A DNA stretch of 64,000 bases, from NCBI RefSeq assembly GCF_035084215.1, contig NC_090336.1:53754001-53818000 (forward strand), in the 5' to 3' direction. Origin of the DNA: Heptranchias perlo. Lineage: Eukaryota. The position numbers were made by a program, and so were the translations under genes. The notes beneath the pieces are model-generated. The model worked only from the letters and a program-made list of their open reading frames with translations. It was not told the DNA's origin and ran no database searches. Positions 47,781 to 61,983 of this stretch are shown piece after piece. Position 1 is the first letter of the stretch, and each line of letters opens with the position of its first letter.

Positions 47781-50092
47781 TTTTCTTCCTTCTATATCTC
47801 TGGGGCTCAGTATTGGTTAATAAGAGAATCAAAAAATCATATACATGTACCCACTAGGTACTTGCATTCAGCCCCCTTTGCATTAGTATATATTTATTAT
47901 ACTGTCTTGATAGACCTCCATAATTGATATCATGTCTTATACTTATATTTAGTTTTATATGAAATAATACTTCAATATTTATATTTAGTTTTATTATATT
48001 TATGTCTCATACTTTTCATTCTCCCTTATTGCATGTATTTAGATATGCAGGTTATATTATAAATGGTGTTATATTTATCTCAGTCCCCCTTTCATTCTCC
48101 AATATTGTAATATATTTATTGTATGAGGTGCTGTATTTATTTTTTTATGTTTTGCATTGTGGAAGGTGAGTGGGACATCCTTCGGCCTGCCAAAACTCCA
48201 CCCGGCAGCAGGATGAAACATTACAAGATCATCCACGGGTAAATGGGAAAGGCTGAGGGCAACAAAGAGATGGTGAGCTGGAGGGAGAGGGGACAGCTTC
48301 CGTTGGCTGAAAATGGAACTGTATGCAGGAAAGCAACGCTGGGGCAAAGCATTGCAGGAGGGAGATGGGCCAAGGGCTGAAAAATTAAAAGGAGAGGATT
48401 CAAAACATTAAAAAAATATCAAGGAGTATTTAAAAATAAAGCAGAGCATGGTGAGTGTGAGCAGGACAGCCATAGGCCTGCTTAAAGTTGGTAAAGATAC
48501 TTGTGAAACTGTTGTGATTTATCTACAAAAAACTATTTTAATTTATATTAAGATTCTACAGATAGGAAGACATGCAAAAACCTTCAAAAATATTGAAACC
48601 ATGCAAATTGAAAGGCGACAAACTTTATTTTGTGCAAAGATAAATATGAAGGAATAAATCCACAAGTAAAAACCTTAGCAATTAAAAAGTATCACAGAAA
48701 CAGCACAAAGCCAACTGAGACTAACTATATTTCAACAAACTGACCATATATACCAGAACATTAGCACCTATTGTACGGGTCATACAAACATGAGTAATTC
48801 TGTGACAGACAAGGTGTGACCTATAGCACTGATAACTCATATCACAGCAACATCTACAGATTCAACAGGTATTTATAATGAGTTTTTCCATCGGAGTAAG
48901 GTTGACAGGAGATTTCAATGAAACGCGTACCCCATTTAATATGTAATACATGGTAGGCACACTCCTATGCTGTATATAAATAATAAGTATTCACTATATA
49001 CTTGGACTACTTTATTCTTTACTCCAGATAAAATAGTTTACATTCAACTCTCTGTTTAAATTGCCTACAGGTTTGATATTTACTGTGCTTTCCCTCTTTG
49101 CTGCTACCTAGAATTTCTGTCTTCCACTCATTTCGAATTTTGGTTCAGTAATTTTTTTTCCTTTCCCTGGAGAATAATGATCTACGACGTCATTAAATGA
49201 AGAGGCACAAATTGTGGCGACAACTTTCAAACTGAAGTACAATGTAATCATGTAAAATGGGAGGGGAATGATTGACAGGAAACAAATTAAACAGCATGAA
49301 TAGCTTTAAGTAGAAATGCAAATAAAATTGAAATACAAGAAAAATAGGTTTTAAGCAAAATAGCAGATAAAGTATAAAAAAGCAAAATACAAGATATGAA
49401 CATACTAGGAGCCCATTAGTAGGGCTACATTGGTAGCTTTAATCCTAAAAGTGGCAGCCAATAGTGTCTCCTGGGCTGAGATGTCTCTGAAAGCTCAAAC
49501 TGAAGGTGAAAGGCTTGCGTTGCTCCAGCAAAGTGAACTGGGAACAGCACAACGAGGAAGGCGAATTGTGGACAGACCAGAACTGTGTTGAAAGTAGTCA
49601 CCAATTTAAATGTATCCATCTAACCTCTCGGACATGAATTTATTCCACTAATGTTTCAAACTCTCTTGTAAATTATTTATTAAAGGGATTTGATATTTCT
49701 TTCTGATGTATTGTCAAAACCAGTCTTTATTCATTAAGGTGTGGTGTCAATCCATGGCTAAACCATCAAGTAGGGATTAAATCCCTGAAGTAAGGTGCTA
49801 GTATTGAGGCCACTCATTTAATAAAGCTTTTTTTGAAAAAATAAGCAATTGGATAAAGGGAATGTAGTAGATATGGTGTGTGTGGATTTTCAGAAAGCAT
49901 TTGATAGGGTGTCTCATAGGAGGCTTAAAATCAGACGTATGGCATAAGACGATAGAAAGTTGGTTGATAGACAGGAAAACAAGGGGCTAGCCTTATTGAG
50001 TGTTGATTGGATAAGAGAAAGGTTGGACGCGAAGGTCAGTGATGCATTCACTTTTGACGTCGGTATATATGGATGATTTCAACTTGAGCAAT

Positions 50093-52540
50093 TTTTTTTA
50101 TTCTTTCATGGGATGAGGGCGTCGCTGGCAAGGCCAGCATTTATTGCCCATCCCTAATTGCCCTTGAGAAGGTGGTGGTGAGCCGCGTCTTAAACTGCTG
50201 CAGTGTGTGTGCTGAAGGAAACCAGTATTAGTAAGAAAATAGTGCTATGGAAATTAATGGGGCTAAAGACTAACAAATCCCCAGGGCCTGATAATCTGCA
50301 TCCCAGAGTACTAAAGGAAGTGGCCCTGGAAATAGTGGATGCATTGGTCATCATCTTCCAAAATTCTATAGACTCTGGAACAGTTCCTACAGATTGGAGG
50401 GTGGCAAATGTAACCCCACTATTTAAAAAAGGAGGGAGAGAAAAAAAAAGGAATTACAGACCAGTTAGCCTAATATCAGTAGTGGGGAAAATGCTAGAGT
50501 CTATTATATAAGATGTGATAACAGAACACTTGGATGGCATTAACGGGATTGGACAAAGTCAGCATGGGTTTATGAAAGGGAAATCATGCTTAACAAAACT
50601 ACTGGAGTTTTTTGAGGATGTAACTAGTAGAATAGATAGGGAAGAACCAGTGGATGTGTATTTGGATTTTCAGAAGGCTTGTGATAAGGTCCCACACAAG
50701 AGGTTAGTGTGCAAAATTAAAGCACATGGAATTGGGGGGATTATACTGGCATGGATTGAGAATTGGTTGACAGACAGGAAACAGAAAGTAGGAATAAATG
50801 GGTCTTTTTCCGGGTGGCAGGCAGTGACTAGTGGGGTACCGCAGGGATCAGTGCTTGGGCCCCAGCTATTCACAATATATATCAATGATTTGGATGAGGG
50901 AACTAAATGTAACATTTCCAAGTTTGCAGACGACACAAAGCTGGAGTGAAATGTGAGCTGTGAGGAGGATGCAAAGAGGCTCCAATGTGATTTAGACAAG
51001 TTGGGTGAGTGGGTAAGAACATGGCAGATGCAGTATTACGTGGATAAATGTGAGGTTATCCACTTTGGTTGAAAAAACAGCAAGGCAGATTATTACCTGA
51101 ATGGTGATAGATTGGGAACAGGGAAGGTGGAACGAGACCTGGGTGTCCTTGTACACCAGTCGCTAAAAGCGAGCATTCAGGTGCAGCAAGTGGTTCAGAA
51201 GGCAAGTGGTATGTTGGCCTTCATTGCAAGAGGATTTGAGTACAGGAGCAGGGATGTCTTACTGCAGTTATACAGGGCCTTGGCGAGACCACATCTGGAG
51301 TATCGTGTGCAGTTTCGGTCTCCTTATCTGAGGAAAGATGTCCTTGCCATGGAGGGAATGCAATGAGGGTTTACCAGACTGATTCCTGGGATGGCAGGAC
51401 TGATGTATCAGGAGAGATTGGGTCAACTAGGCCTATATTCACTAGAGTTTGGAAGAATGAGAGGTGATCTCATTGAAACATATAGAATTCTAACAGGACT
51501 AGACAGACTAGATGCAGGGAGGATATTCCCGATGGCTGGGGAGTCCAGAACCAGGGGTCACAGTCTCAGGATACGGGGTATGCCATTTAGAACCGAGATA
51601 AGGAGAAATTTCTTCACTCAGAGGGTGGTGAACCTGTGGAATTCTCTACCACAGAAGGCAGTGGAGGCTAAGTCATTAGATGTATCCAAGAAGGAGATGG
51701 ATATATTTCTTAATGCTAAAGGGATCAAGGGAAATGAGGAAAAAGCGGGAACAGGGTACTGAGTTAGACGATCAGCCATGATCATTTTGAATGGTGGAGC
51801 AGGCCCGAAGGGCTGAATGGCCTGCTCTTGCTCCTATTTTCTTTGTTTCTATGTATCTATGTTCTCCCACAGTGCTGTTAGGAAGGGAGTTCCAGGATTT
51901 TGACCCAGCGACGATGAAGGAACGGCGATATATTTCCAAGTCGGGATGGTGTGTGACTTGAAGGGGAACGTGCAGGTGGTGTTGTTCCCATGTGCCTGTT
52001 GCCCTTGTCCTTCTAGGTGGTAGAGGTCGCGGGTTTGGGAGGTGCTGTCAAAGAAGCCTGGGTGAGTGATGCAGTGCATCCTGTAGATGGTACACACTGC
52101 AGCCATGATGCGCTGGTGGTGAAGGGAGTGAATGTTTACTGTGGTGGATGGGGTACCAATCAAGCGGGCTGCTTTGTCCTTGATGGTGTCGAGCTTCTTG
52201 AGTGTTGTTGGAGCTGCACTCATCCAGGCCAGTGGAGAGTATTCCATCACACTCCTGACTTGTGCCTTGTAGATGGTGGATAGGCTTTGGGGAGTCAGGA
52301 GGTGAGTCACTCGCCGCAGAATACGCAGCCTCTGACCTGCTCTTGTAGCCACAGTATTTAAGTGGCTGGTCCAGTTAAGTTTCTGATCAATGGTGACCCC
52401 CAGGATGTTGATGGTGGGGGATCCGGTGATGGTAATGCCATTGAATGTCAAGGAGAGGTGGTTAGACTCTCTCTTGTTGGAGATGGTCATTGCCTGGCAC
52501 TTGTCTGGCGCGAATGTTACTTGCCACTTATCAGCCCACG
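50093..52540 (-). mobile_element. Second LINE family (CR1/L2 superclade), 3' part, split by a CR1
   Basis: WADKWQVTFAPDKC..ILGVTID..YKAQVRSVMEY; A-rich tail; same family as 55157-56495. Confidence 0.85.
50219..51860 (+). mobile_element. CR1 LINE nested in the second LINE family
   Basis: KSPGPD..YRPVSL..DFQKA..ADDTKL..tail; host sequence TGAAGG|TTCTCCCAC resumes after it. Confidence 0.93.
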
Positions 52541-54600
52541 TTGACTGCCTGGCCGTCGGAGATGGTGAGACTGGGAACATGCAGACAGCTGGTGACAGAA
52601 CTTTAACATCCTTCACACACATCATGAATTGATATTGTCAATGTTTGATCTGTTGTACACCCCAGTATGCTCAATGGAAACTAACTTCTGTGATGATTTT
52701 TTAATACTGCTTTATGTTCTCTTCCAGGGCCTTTACAGATTGATGAGGAGGTCGGGGCCATGGAAGAGGAGCTCAGTTCCTCTGAGGGCACACCATCACC
52801 AGCCATGCACCAGCGCAGATACTCACACCTCGGTGCATCCTGTTAGCCAGATAGTTGGATTGTCACCTGGTGATTCACTCACAAGTGAGCAGACACAGGT
52901 GGCAGGGGCAGCTGCGAAGAGTCCGTGCAGGGGGGGTGCACTCCTCTCCAAGCTCTGCTCAGTGGATACAGATGCTGAACCCTGGGGGACATCGTTGAGA
53001 GTGAGAATGATAAGAGGTACAGCTGCACCTTTGTGAGGTAATGGAAAAGGTGTCACACACTCTCCACAATGGCGGATAAGATGGAGGAGTCTAAATCCAT
53101 CGCTAGTGGTTTAATGTCGCAGGTAAGTGAGGGAATGGCAGCCCTCATTGAGCTTCAAGCACGGCTCTCAAATGAGTCCATGCAGGCCATGACAATGGCC
53201 GTGTGGACTCTGGATACAAACATGTCTGCTGCCTTAAACAGACAGCCAGAAACTTCATCCGTGGCCTTAGAAAGCGCCAAATATCCTCACCAGCCTGCTA
53301 GCCAGCAGAGCGGTGGGAGTGATGTTGTGCCGGACCAGGAAAGGGATGATGGCAAAAGGGGACATGGAAGTGGGGACTCCACCCAAAGCGCTCCCACATC
53401 TCACCTGTTGGCCCCCTCAACCAGTACCCACAATACTGTCTCCTCTCCCGACGGCCGAGTCTGCCCCTACACAGGTGCAGGTGGAGCAGTCTTTGTCGGT
53501 GCCCACACGGGCTCCAAAACCCAGAGGTCGTAGGCTGAAAGCATCTCATCAGTCAGGGCAGGGATCTGAGCAACCTGCCACTACCTCTGCTGAAGCCACA
53601 GGGGATGCACCACATAGAAGCACTAGAAAGACTAATGTTTTGTAATTACCAAGGGCATGCACAACGGTGCCAGACTGAAAGTCATGTTTTTCATTTATAT
53701 TTGTTTTTGTTAAATGCACATTAAATGTTATAATTCTCATCACCACTGCCACGTCTTGCCCATTCGAGTCCCTTTTGTGAAATCGGCCTTTCATGAATGC
53801 CAAAACGTGATGGGTGGGTGTATAATGGGTGCATGCGTGGTTGAAGGACTGTTTTGTACAAACGGAGGGGCTGGTGCTGGTGCTGGTGCTGATGGTTGTT
53901 CCAGGCAGCCCGAGTACTTCGCGATCTTCAGTTGCGATTTCATTATCAGAACCTGTTAGATATGAGTGCATCCATGGCATCACGGGCAGCCATGTGCGCT
54001 GCTGCTCTGGTGATGTGTTGTCCATCTTCACCCTCCTCTTCTTCCATGTTGCCGGCAGATGCAGATGCTTCATGAGCACATTCGAGCTCCTCCACCTGTA
54101 ACCCTCTCTGCTGAGCGACGTTGTGCAGGACACAACAGATGACTATTATTCTGCATAACCTCACTGGTGAGTACTGAAGGGCTCCCCCAGATCGATCCAG
54201 GTACCTGAAGCGCATCTTCAGCATTCCTATGGCTTGTTCAATGACAGGCCTGGTGGTGATGTGACTGTCGTCGTATCGTTGCTGTGCCTCATGAGTGGAA
54301 TTTCTCACAAGTGTCATTAGCCATGTCTGCAGGTCTCCAAGGAGCCAGCCCTTAAGTCTGTATTGTGCATGGAAGAGGTCCGGGATGTTGGACTCACGCA
54401 GAATAAAGGAATCATGGTAGCTGCCACGGAATCTGGCACACACCTGCGGAAACCTCCTCCGATGGTGGCACAGCAGCTGTGCATTGATGGAGTGATATCC
54501 CTTTCAGTTTATGAACAGTCTTGGTTGATGTGGAGATTCTCATATTGCTACTGCACCCGTGGGAAGCTAGCCGGAGTGCTGAAACCCACTGCCCTCTCAT
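52541..54600. mobile_element. PIF/Harbinger transposon internal remnant (convergent genes)
   Basis: HARBI1-like DDE C-terminus on - (GSYHDSFIL..WLLGD..IEQAIGMLKMRFR.LD..CCVLHN, 53946-54443); low-complexity second-ORF tail on +. Confidence 0.85.
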
Positions 54601-54602
54601 TA

Positions 54603-55155
54603 GAACATAGGAAATAGGAGCAGGAGTAAGCCATTCGGCCCCTCGATCCTATTCCACCATTCAATAAGATCATGGCTGATCTTCGACCTCAACTCCACTT
54701 TCCCATCCAATCCCCATATCCCTTGATTCCCTGAGTGTCCAAATATCCATCAATCTCAGTCTTGAACATACTCAACAACTGAGCATCCACAGCCCTATGG
54801 GGAGCGAATTCCAAAGATTCACAACCCTCAGGGTGAAGAAATTTTTCCTCTTCTCGGTCCTAAATGCCCGATCCCTTATCTTGAGACTATGAACCCTAGT
54901 TCTAGAGTCCCCAGCCAGGGGAAACAGCCTTTCAGCATCCACCCTAACAATTTTATACGTTTCAATGAGATCACCTCTCATTCTTCTAAACTCCAGAGAA
55001 TATAGGCCCATTCCACTCAATCTCTCCTCATGTGACATCCCAAGAATCAGTTTGGTGAACCTTCATTGCACCCCCTCCAAGGCAAGTATATCTTTCCTTA
55101 GGTAAGGAGGCCAAAACTGTACACAGTATATCAGGTGTGGTCTCACCAGCACCCT
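54603..55155 (-). mobile_element. CR1 LINE 3' end
   Basis: RMRGDLIETYKI, FFTLRVVNLWNSL. Confidence 0.88.
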
Positions 55156-55156
55156 A

Positions 55157-56495
55157 TTTTCTTTTTTTATTCGTTCATGGGAAGTGGGCGTCGCTGGCGA
55201 GGCCAGCATTTATTGCCCATCCCAAATTGCCCTTGAGAAGGTGGTGGTGAGCCGCCTTCTTGAACCGCTGCAGTCCGTGTGGTGAAGGTTCTCCCACAGT
55301 GCTGTTAGGAAGGGAGTTCCAGGATTTTCACCCAGCGACGATGAAGGAACGGCGATATATTTCCAAGTCGGGATGGTGTGTGACTTGGAGGGGAATGTGC
55401 AGGTGGTGTTGTTCCCATGTGCCTGCTGCTCTTGTCCTTCTAGGTGGTAGAGGTCGCGGGTTTGGGAGGTGATGTCGAAGAAGCCTTGGCGAGTTGCTGC
55501 AGTGCATCCTGTGGATGGTACACACTGCAGCCACAGTGTACCGGTGGTGAAGGGAGTGAATGTTTTGGGTGGTGGACGGGGTGCCAATCAAGTGGGCTGC
55601 TTTGTCCTGGATGGTTTCGAGCTTCTTGAGTGTTGTTGGAGCTGCACTCATTCAAGCAAGTGGAGAGTATTCCATCACACTCCTGACTTGTGCCTTATAG
55701 ATGGTGGAAAGGCTTTGGGGAGTCAGGAGGTGAGTCACTCGCCACAGAATACCCAGCCTCTGACCTGCTTTTGTATCCACAGTATTTATATGGCTGGTCC
55801 AGTTATGTTTCTGGTCAATGGTGACCCCCAGGATGTTGATGGTGGGGGATTCAGCGATGGTAATGTCGTTGAATGTCAAGGGGAGGTGGTTAGACTCTCT
55901 CTTGTTGGAGATGGTCATTGCCTGACACTTGTCTGGCACGAATGTTACTTGCCATTTATGAGCCCAAGCCTGGATGTTGTCCGGGTCTTGCTGCATGCAG
56001 GCACGGACCGCTTCATTATCTGAGGGGTTGCGAATGGAACTGAACACTGTGCAGTCATCAGCGAACATCCCCATTTCTGACATTATGATGGAGGGAAGGT
56101 CATTGATGAAGCAGCTGAAGATGGTTGGGCCTAGGACACTGCCCTGAGGAACTGCTGCAGCAATGCCCTAGGGCTGAGATGATTGGCCTCCAACAACTAC
56201 TACCATCTTCCTTTGTGCTAGGTATGACTCCAGACACTGGAGAGTTTTCCCCCTGATTCCCATTGACTTCAATTTTACTAGGGCTCCTTGGTGCCACACT
56301 CAGTCAAATGCTGCCCTGATGTCAAGCGCAGTCATTCTCATTTTACCTCTGGAATTCAGCTCTTTTGTCCATGTTTGGACCAAGGCTGTAATGAGGTCTG
56401 GAACCGAGTGGTCCTGGCAGAACCCAAACTGAGCATCGGTGAGTAGGTTATTGGTAAGTGCCACTTGATAGCACTCTCGGCGACACCTTCCATCG
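55157..56495 (-). mobile_element. Second LINE family, RT and 3' end
   Basis: [27 protein letters not shown]; tail CCCATGAACGAATAAAAAA. Confidence 0.88.
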
Positions 56496-58459
56496 TAGGG
56501 AACACAATATTGAAATTTGTCAATTACACAAAATAGGGGGATTGGCAAACAGTAAAGAGGACTGTAAAAGACTCTAGTAAGACATAGAGGTTAGCAGAAT
56601 GGGCAGACAGATGGCAAATTCAAATTAATGTTGATAAGTGCAAAGTAATATATTTTAAGTAAAAACAAGGAATGGGCAGTTGAAACCAAACGCATCTCTA
56701 CTCCTTTTTCCTCTGCCCTTACGCACGGGGAATGCTCCGTAAAGTTCTATCTGCTAATTTTACTAAAACATCAAGATAATGAAAGTAGTGAAATAAGACA
56801 TTTCACTTGTGTCTTTTTCACAAACATCAGCAGGCAAGAATTTCATCTCTATTTGATGTATAATATATGCTGTGGTGTTCCTGTGAAGATATAATTCAGC
56901 TTGCATCTATCATTTTACCCTGTGGAGGATACTATAACAAATGGCAAGTCAGTGCATTCATGCAGTTGATGTGGGAATAACAATTGTCATTATCATTGCA
57001 GTTTATCAAGTTATAATGTCCAGTTCATTCCTGACAAATAACACACTTTGTATGCATTGTTATTGCAAATTTCCTCCTTTTTTTAAAAAACAAATTCCTT
57101 CTCCACCCCTTGCAATACACTACCACTTGCTTAAGAGCGGTCAGGTGGCCGAGCCTCTGCCAATGTTGTGCTGTTTCTACCAACCTGAAAAGAGTGCAAG
57201 AGCAAACGGAGGTGATGTGCTTTCCCAGAAGCACAGATTACTGACTAAGAAAACTGGGTAGTTTCACAAACAGTATTTGGCGTACTATGGAATTTTAATA
57301 TGACTCATTTGACTTGCACATTGGATATCAAAGTAACTATCTGCATATTCCATCATTACCAAGAAACGAGACTTAATCTATTTAATGTTTCATATTATAA
57401 AGTGTTCACGTGACCTTGAAGAATGACAATAAAAAACAAAGGAACTTCTTTATACTTCCGAGTTTTGCATGTAATTTCACATATATGCACACAATATATA
57501 ATGGGTAGGTTTCATTGAGTCAATATCTATTGAAGTAGTGTTTTACTAGTATTCCTTGCCTTTTTAAAGCAAGATCTAATTAGACATATTTGACTATGGT
57601 GATGCCAACAAAGGGCAGAAGTATAAACAGAACCCTTGGAAGTGAATGTTGTCAACGGAAAGTATGATGTAATGAAACAGAATCCCATCTTATTAATGTC
57701 TGCAAAGCACACGTTTTATTTACTGCATACAACTATTCAACAATTAAAAACAAGTCAGAAGTGAATTAGAAGGCAGTTCTAATTTGCACAGTACTAATAT
57801 CTTTATGCAAATTAATAAAGATGCTGTAAACTGCATAAAGATGTTTGTATAGAACATATATGAAATTCAGCAGTCCATAAAAAACTGGAAAACTTGGCTT
57901 TCTTCTTTTCCTCCTCTGTACTTTTAGAGAGTGTGTGTGTGACAGTTTAATTATTTACATCGAAAATAGAATCACAGTTTGAAATCAAGAGTAACATTTT
58001 CCAGGAATTATAAATCTCACAAACAAACTACATTTTTAATTAATAAAAATGAACATACACAATACTTTGTGAAACACATTTATTATTTTGACAGTATTTC
58101 TTAGGGTGGGTCTCTTTAATTAGTTAACCTTGCAGTCATATAAAATCTGGTTTGCATTTGCTTGGATCCAACATGCAAATTTAATTCAGTCAAAAAACCA
58201 AACCCAACAGTCTGACGCGTTGGATCATATCTAACACTGAGGGCTTCTGATCCCATGAGAAAATGTTATAGCGGTTAACCATTGAATACGGCCAGTAAAA
58301 AGTTAAGTTTTCAATATTTGAAATATTAAGGCAGTTTTAAGATTCTTCAGCAACCTACTCCCATCCTACACATAGAACAGTAGAAGAAAGGTTTGATTTC
58401 TTCCTTTGAATTAGAATGTCTAGAAACATTCCCTAAAATAATGTACTATGAATAAATAA

Positions 58460-59140
58460 ACCGGAATTTACTGGAAAGTTTCAGCGTAACTACGGCATAA
58501 AAGCGGAGTTGTGCCATTTTCCTTCTCCCAAGAAAATTCACATGTAACTGATTTATGCCGAAACAATGCTACGTGTGAAATTCCTCAATCGTTTGCGCCA
58601 CTCCCGACTTATATCCGCCGAAAACGCACCATCCATTGTCATAGCCCCGTCCCCCATGCAAAAGACCAAAGTATGCGGGTTTCCTGCACTTATGCCAATT
58701 ATGAACCCCAAATTTTGTGCTGCAGGACTCAGTCATATTTCTGGTGTTTTGGGTGACTTCTTTTATTTCTCCTTACAGAGATTTGCACTGTACTTTTGAT
58801 TGTTTTTTACAGCACCAGAATCGGTTACCTTAAAAAGAGAATAGCTTCCACAATTGTCTTTTCTTAATATGCGTAAGTCTTGGTTTGATGGCATCATTTT
58901 TTAAAAAATGACATCAATAAGATAAAGAGGGACTTAGAGAAGGAAGATGTTCTGCCCTCCCTCGGGTGCAAATTATTTATACGGATTTCTGCTTGTTTTA
59001 CGGAGTTTTCTTTATGTTCAGGCTATGATGAGACTCTCAGGAAATTACAGTGTAAGTTGCCGTTGGCAAAATCGGCGTACAAACCAGCCGTAAAATTTCA
59101 GCGTAATTTTGGTGCATATCAGATCGAGGAAATTCCGGTC
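58460..59140. mobile_element. MITE-like insertion
   Basis: ACCGGAATTT / AAATTCCGGT inverted ends; CpG-richer subtermini in AT-rich DNA. Confidence 0.45.
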
Positions 59141-60138
59141 CATGTATGTTTAATATTAAGGGGCATTTTCAGTGCAAGTTTAGCATTAGTGCGAAGAGAT
59201 TTCCATCCTGTATCCAGGCACAGCCACAACGCTCGTTTGCAAGTCTGTTACAATTCCAGCCAGTCAAAGCAAACACAGTTCTGCCTGGCTGGAACTTGAG
59301 ATACAGCAACTAGTCTCAGGCTGGTATTTGCAATCTAAATGCACCTCAAGGCCATTTCCTTGTCAATCTTGTTTGCAACTCCAAATGCCACGGATAAAGT
59401 GATGGCTGAACGAATAATGGAAAAAAAAATCCAGCAAACTACTTTTAAATGCTTGACTCAATGAATGTGTCCACAATCGCCTAGGTGCTTGATTTCTTTT
59501 AGTAGCACACCGATTAACACAAAACTCTGCCCTGTGCTGCTCGGACACAATCATGAACTCATTTAAAACAAATGGTTCAACAACTGCATTAAAATAGCAC
59601 AGGAAGAAATTTTATGCATACACGTCAAGCAGAAAATTAAACTCCATTGTCTTATTTGGGAATCATATCCAAAGTAGCATTTTAAAAATGAAATTAAAAT
59701 ATGTATTTGGTACAGTTGGGCACATAATATTCAGAGACGCACAGATTAATACATGCCATTATATGCAATATATTAACCCCAACAGGAACGTGCTAGTATT
59801 TACCACTTTCATCACAATCGATTTGGAGAAATTTAACGCAACACTAAAGTTAAGCAGACACATTTCTGAATGACTCAAATAGAAATCTCTTGACTTAGCC
59901 AGTCTCGTAACTTTGGCCAGTTTGCGCAGAAATCCCAGACTTTTTGTTAAAAATGGGTGTCTCACTTTTGTAAATGTGACCTTATTTCTTTTATATTTAG
60001 ATTCCATAGGGCGTCCTCCTCTTTTTAATAAAATGTTCTGTCAAAACGTTTACTTGCAAATCAGAATTTGTAATGGCAAATTTTCTTTGACTTAAGAAAA
60101 TTAAGCCTCTGAAAACTACATTAATGATATAAACCATC

Positions 60139-60603
60139 CTAAAACACTCCAGGTACAAGGCGGTAAGCCACTGCATCCGTATAACGCTTCCAGTCCTTGC
60201 CATATTTGTTTAAGCAACGATGCTCATCCCTGATACAGCGATGGACCAGCAAAATTGTCATGTAGATGATGTAGAAGTATGGCAGGAGGTGTCCGAATCC
60301 ACAGGCCAGGCAGTAGGAAAGGGAGCCAATAAGATCCCCGGTGTAGTTAAAATGGCGAGCCACCCCCCAGAATCCAGAGACCATCAGCTTACTGTAGTGC
60401 TTTTTACCATCAATGGACACATAGGAACATTCAATATACGCAGGAATCCTGCCCCAGATCTTGCAGTTTCCATCTGTGCGCCGGAAGAGATCTTTCTGGT
60501 GGTTTGTCATTCTGAAAATGTAATAGCCAACCAGCCCCAAGAGAAGGACACCGACGACATTGGCTGTCGATAGTTGTACTGGGTTGTAGACTAGGTACAG
60601 GCC
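60139..60603 (-). CDS. DHCR7: 7-dehydrocholesterol reductase, last coding exon
   Basis: tctcag|[67 protein letters not shown]. Confidence 0.97.
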   Translation of the reverse strand, partial: GLYLVYNPVQLSTANVVGVLLLGLVGYYIFRMTNHQKDLFRRTDGNCKIWGRIPAYIECSYVSIDGKKHYSKLMVSGFWGVARHFNYTGDLIGSLSYCLACGFGHLLPYFYIIYMTILLVHRCIRDEHRCLNKYGKDWKRYTDAVAYRLVPGVF

Positions 60604-61004
60604 CTGAGACATTGAAGAGAACATTAGCTTCCAATTTAAGAATGGTAATATCATGAATATTTAGTAGCAGTCTTTTTTAAAACCTAATTTATTTGTAAGA
60701 ATAATACTCTATAAAATTACAGAATTAACAAGTGTGAAATACATATTCCCTCCTCCCGCAATGAGTGAGTTGTGAAAGGGCTTCCTCAGAAATGAAATAA
60801 ATGGAACACTTTACAGTTCTGATTCGGCCTTCAAAGTGAGGAAGATTCTAGCAATCTGTGGCGAGACATTAGCTGACATTCAGTCCATGTCGGTGAAACA
60901 TGCAGCCTCCCTCAGTTGAGCAGCTAAATTGGAATCTCGCCACGTCAGAAAATCTGAGGCACAAAACGGATAGCACTTGTTCCTCAAGGACTTGAACAAA
61001 TAAA

Positions 61005-61315
61005 CTAGGCTAACACTCCAGTGCAACACTGAGGGAGGCTGAATTGTTGGCGGTGCCATTTTATGGATGAGAGGTTAAACCAAGGCCCCATCTGCCTGTT
61101 CTAGTGGATGCCAAAGATTGGATAGTATTACTTAGAAGAAGAGCAGGAAGTTCTCCCAGAGCTGGACAACATTTTTCCTTCAACCACACCTCCAAAAACA
61201 GATAAACTGGTGATTCATCTCATTGCTGATCTTGTACCAGAATTCATTGCTTACGAAGCTCTTTGAGATATTTCCGAGAGAAGTGATAAGGCACTATATG
61301 AACGCACATCTCTTT
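61005..61315 (+). mobile_element. Deu-type SINE remnant in DHCR7 intron
   Basis: GGCTAACACTCCAGTGCAACACTGAGGGAG..GGATGAGAGGTTAAAC. Confidence 0.6.
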
Positions 61316-61839
61316 CTTAACATCCGATTCCCATAACTCTCTATACTGGGTTAAGTGCCATGCTAACGCTGCCATTTCCCATTGCAGAGGTATCGTGCAG
61401 GCGTTGGACACACGGCTTTAAGACCAGGAAGTCTCTTCTCTTGCCAGTAAGCCCATTTATGACCTTGCACTATTGGAACAAATCAGTGGAAAATGAAGGG
61501 CCTGCTTGTATTTACATATTTTTTGAAGGCCTACTGATGCTCATGCAACCTCGTGTCACATGCCTCCTGCTCCCCCCGTGTTGCCTGGTTGGAAAATACC
61601 AGGCTGTGAGCTTGTGGTGGATTTCCGGTACTCAACATCCAATTTTCTGCCCCCACTCCTATCCCTGCCTGTGTCACCAGTGCATGGTAGCAGAAAATCT
61701 CTCCTCACGTTGAGCTTTCCTCTGGGATCTGCTCCACATTATTATTCTTTAAAGAAACAACTTGTACCATCATCACACCCCCATCAAAGTGAACAGAGAA
61801 CAAATCTGAAAGTGAAGTATTTATTGGTATAACAGTTTA

Positions 61840-61983
<144 letters not shown>

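Noticed and set aside
49440-49600. Coding-looking plus-strand stretch (KVAANSVSWAEMSLK..)
   Set aside because: No convincing splice sites or recognisable homology.
53946-54443. Domesticated HARBI1 gene
   Set aside because: Deletion in the GD..Y motif, truncated by a CR1, paired with a second Harbinger ORF remnant; a transposon relic.
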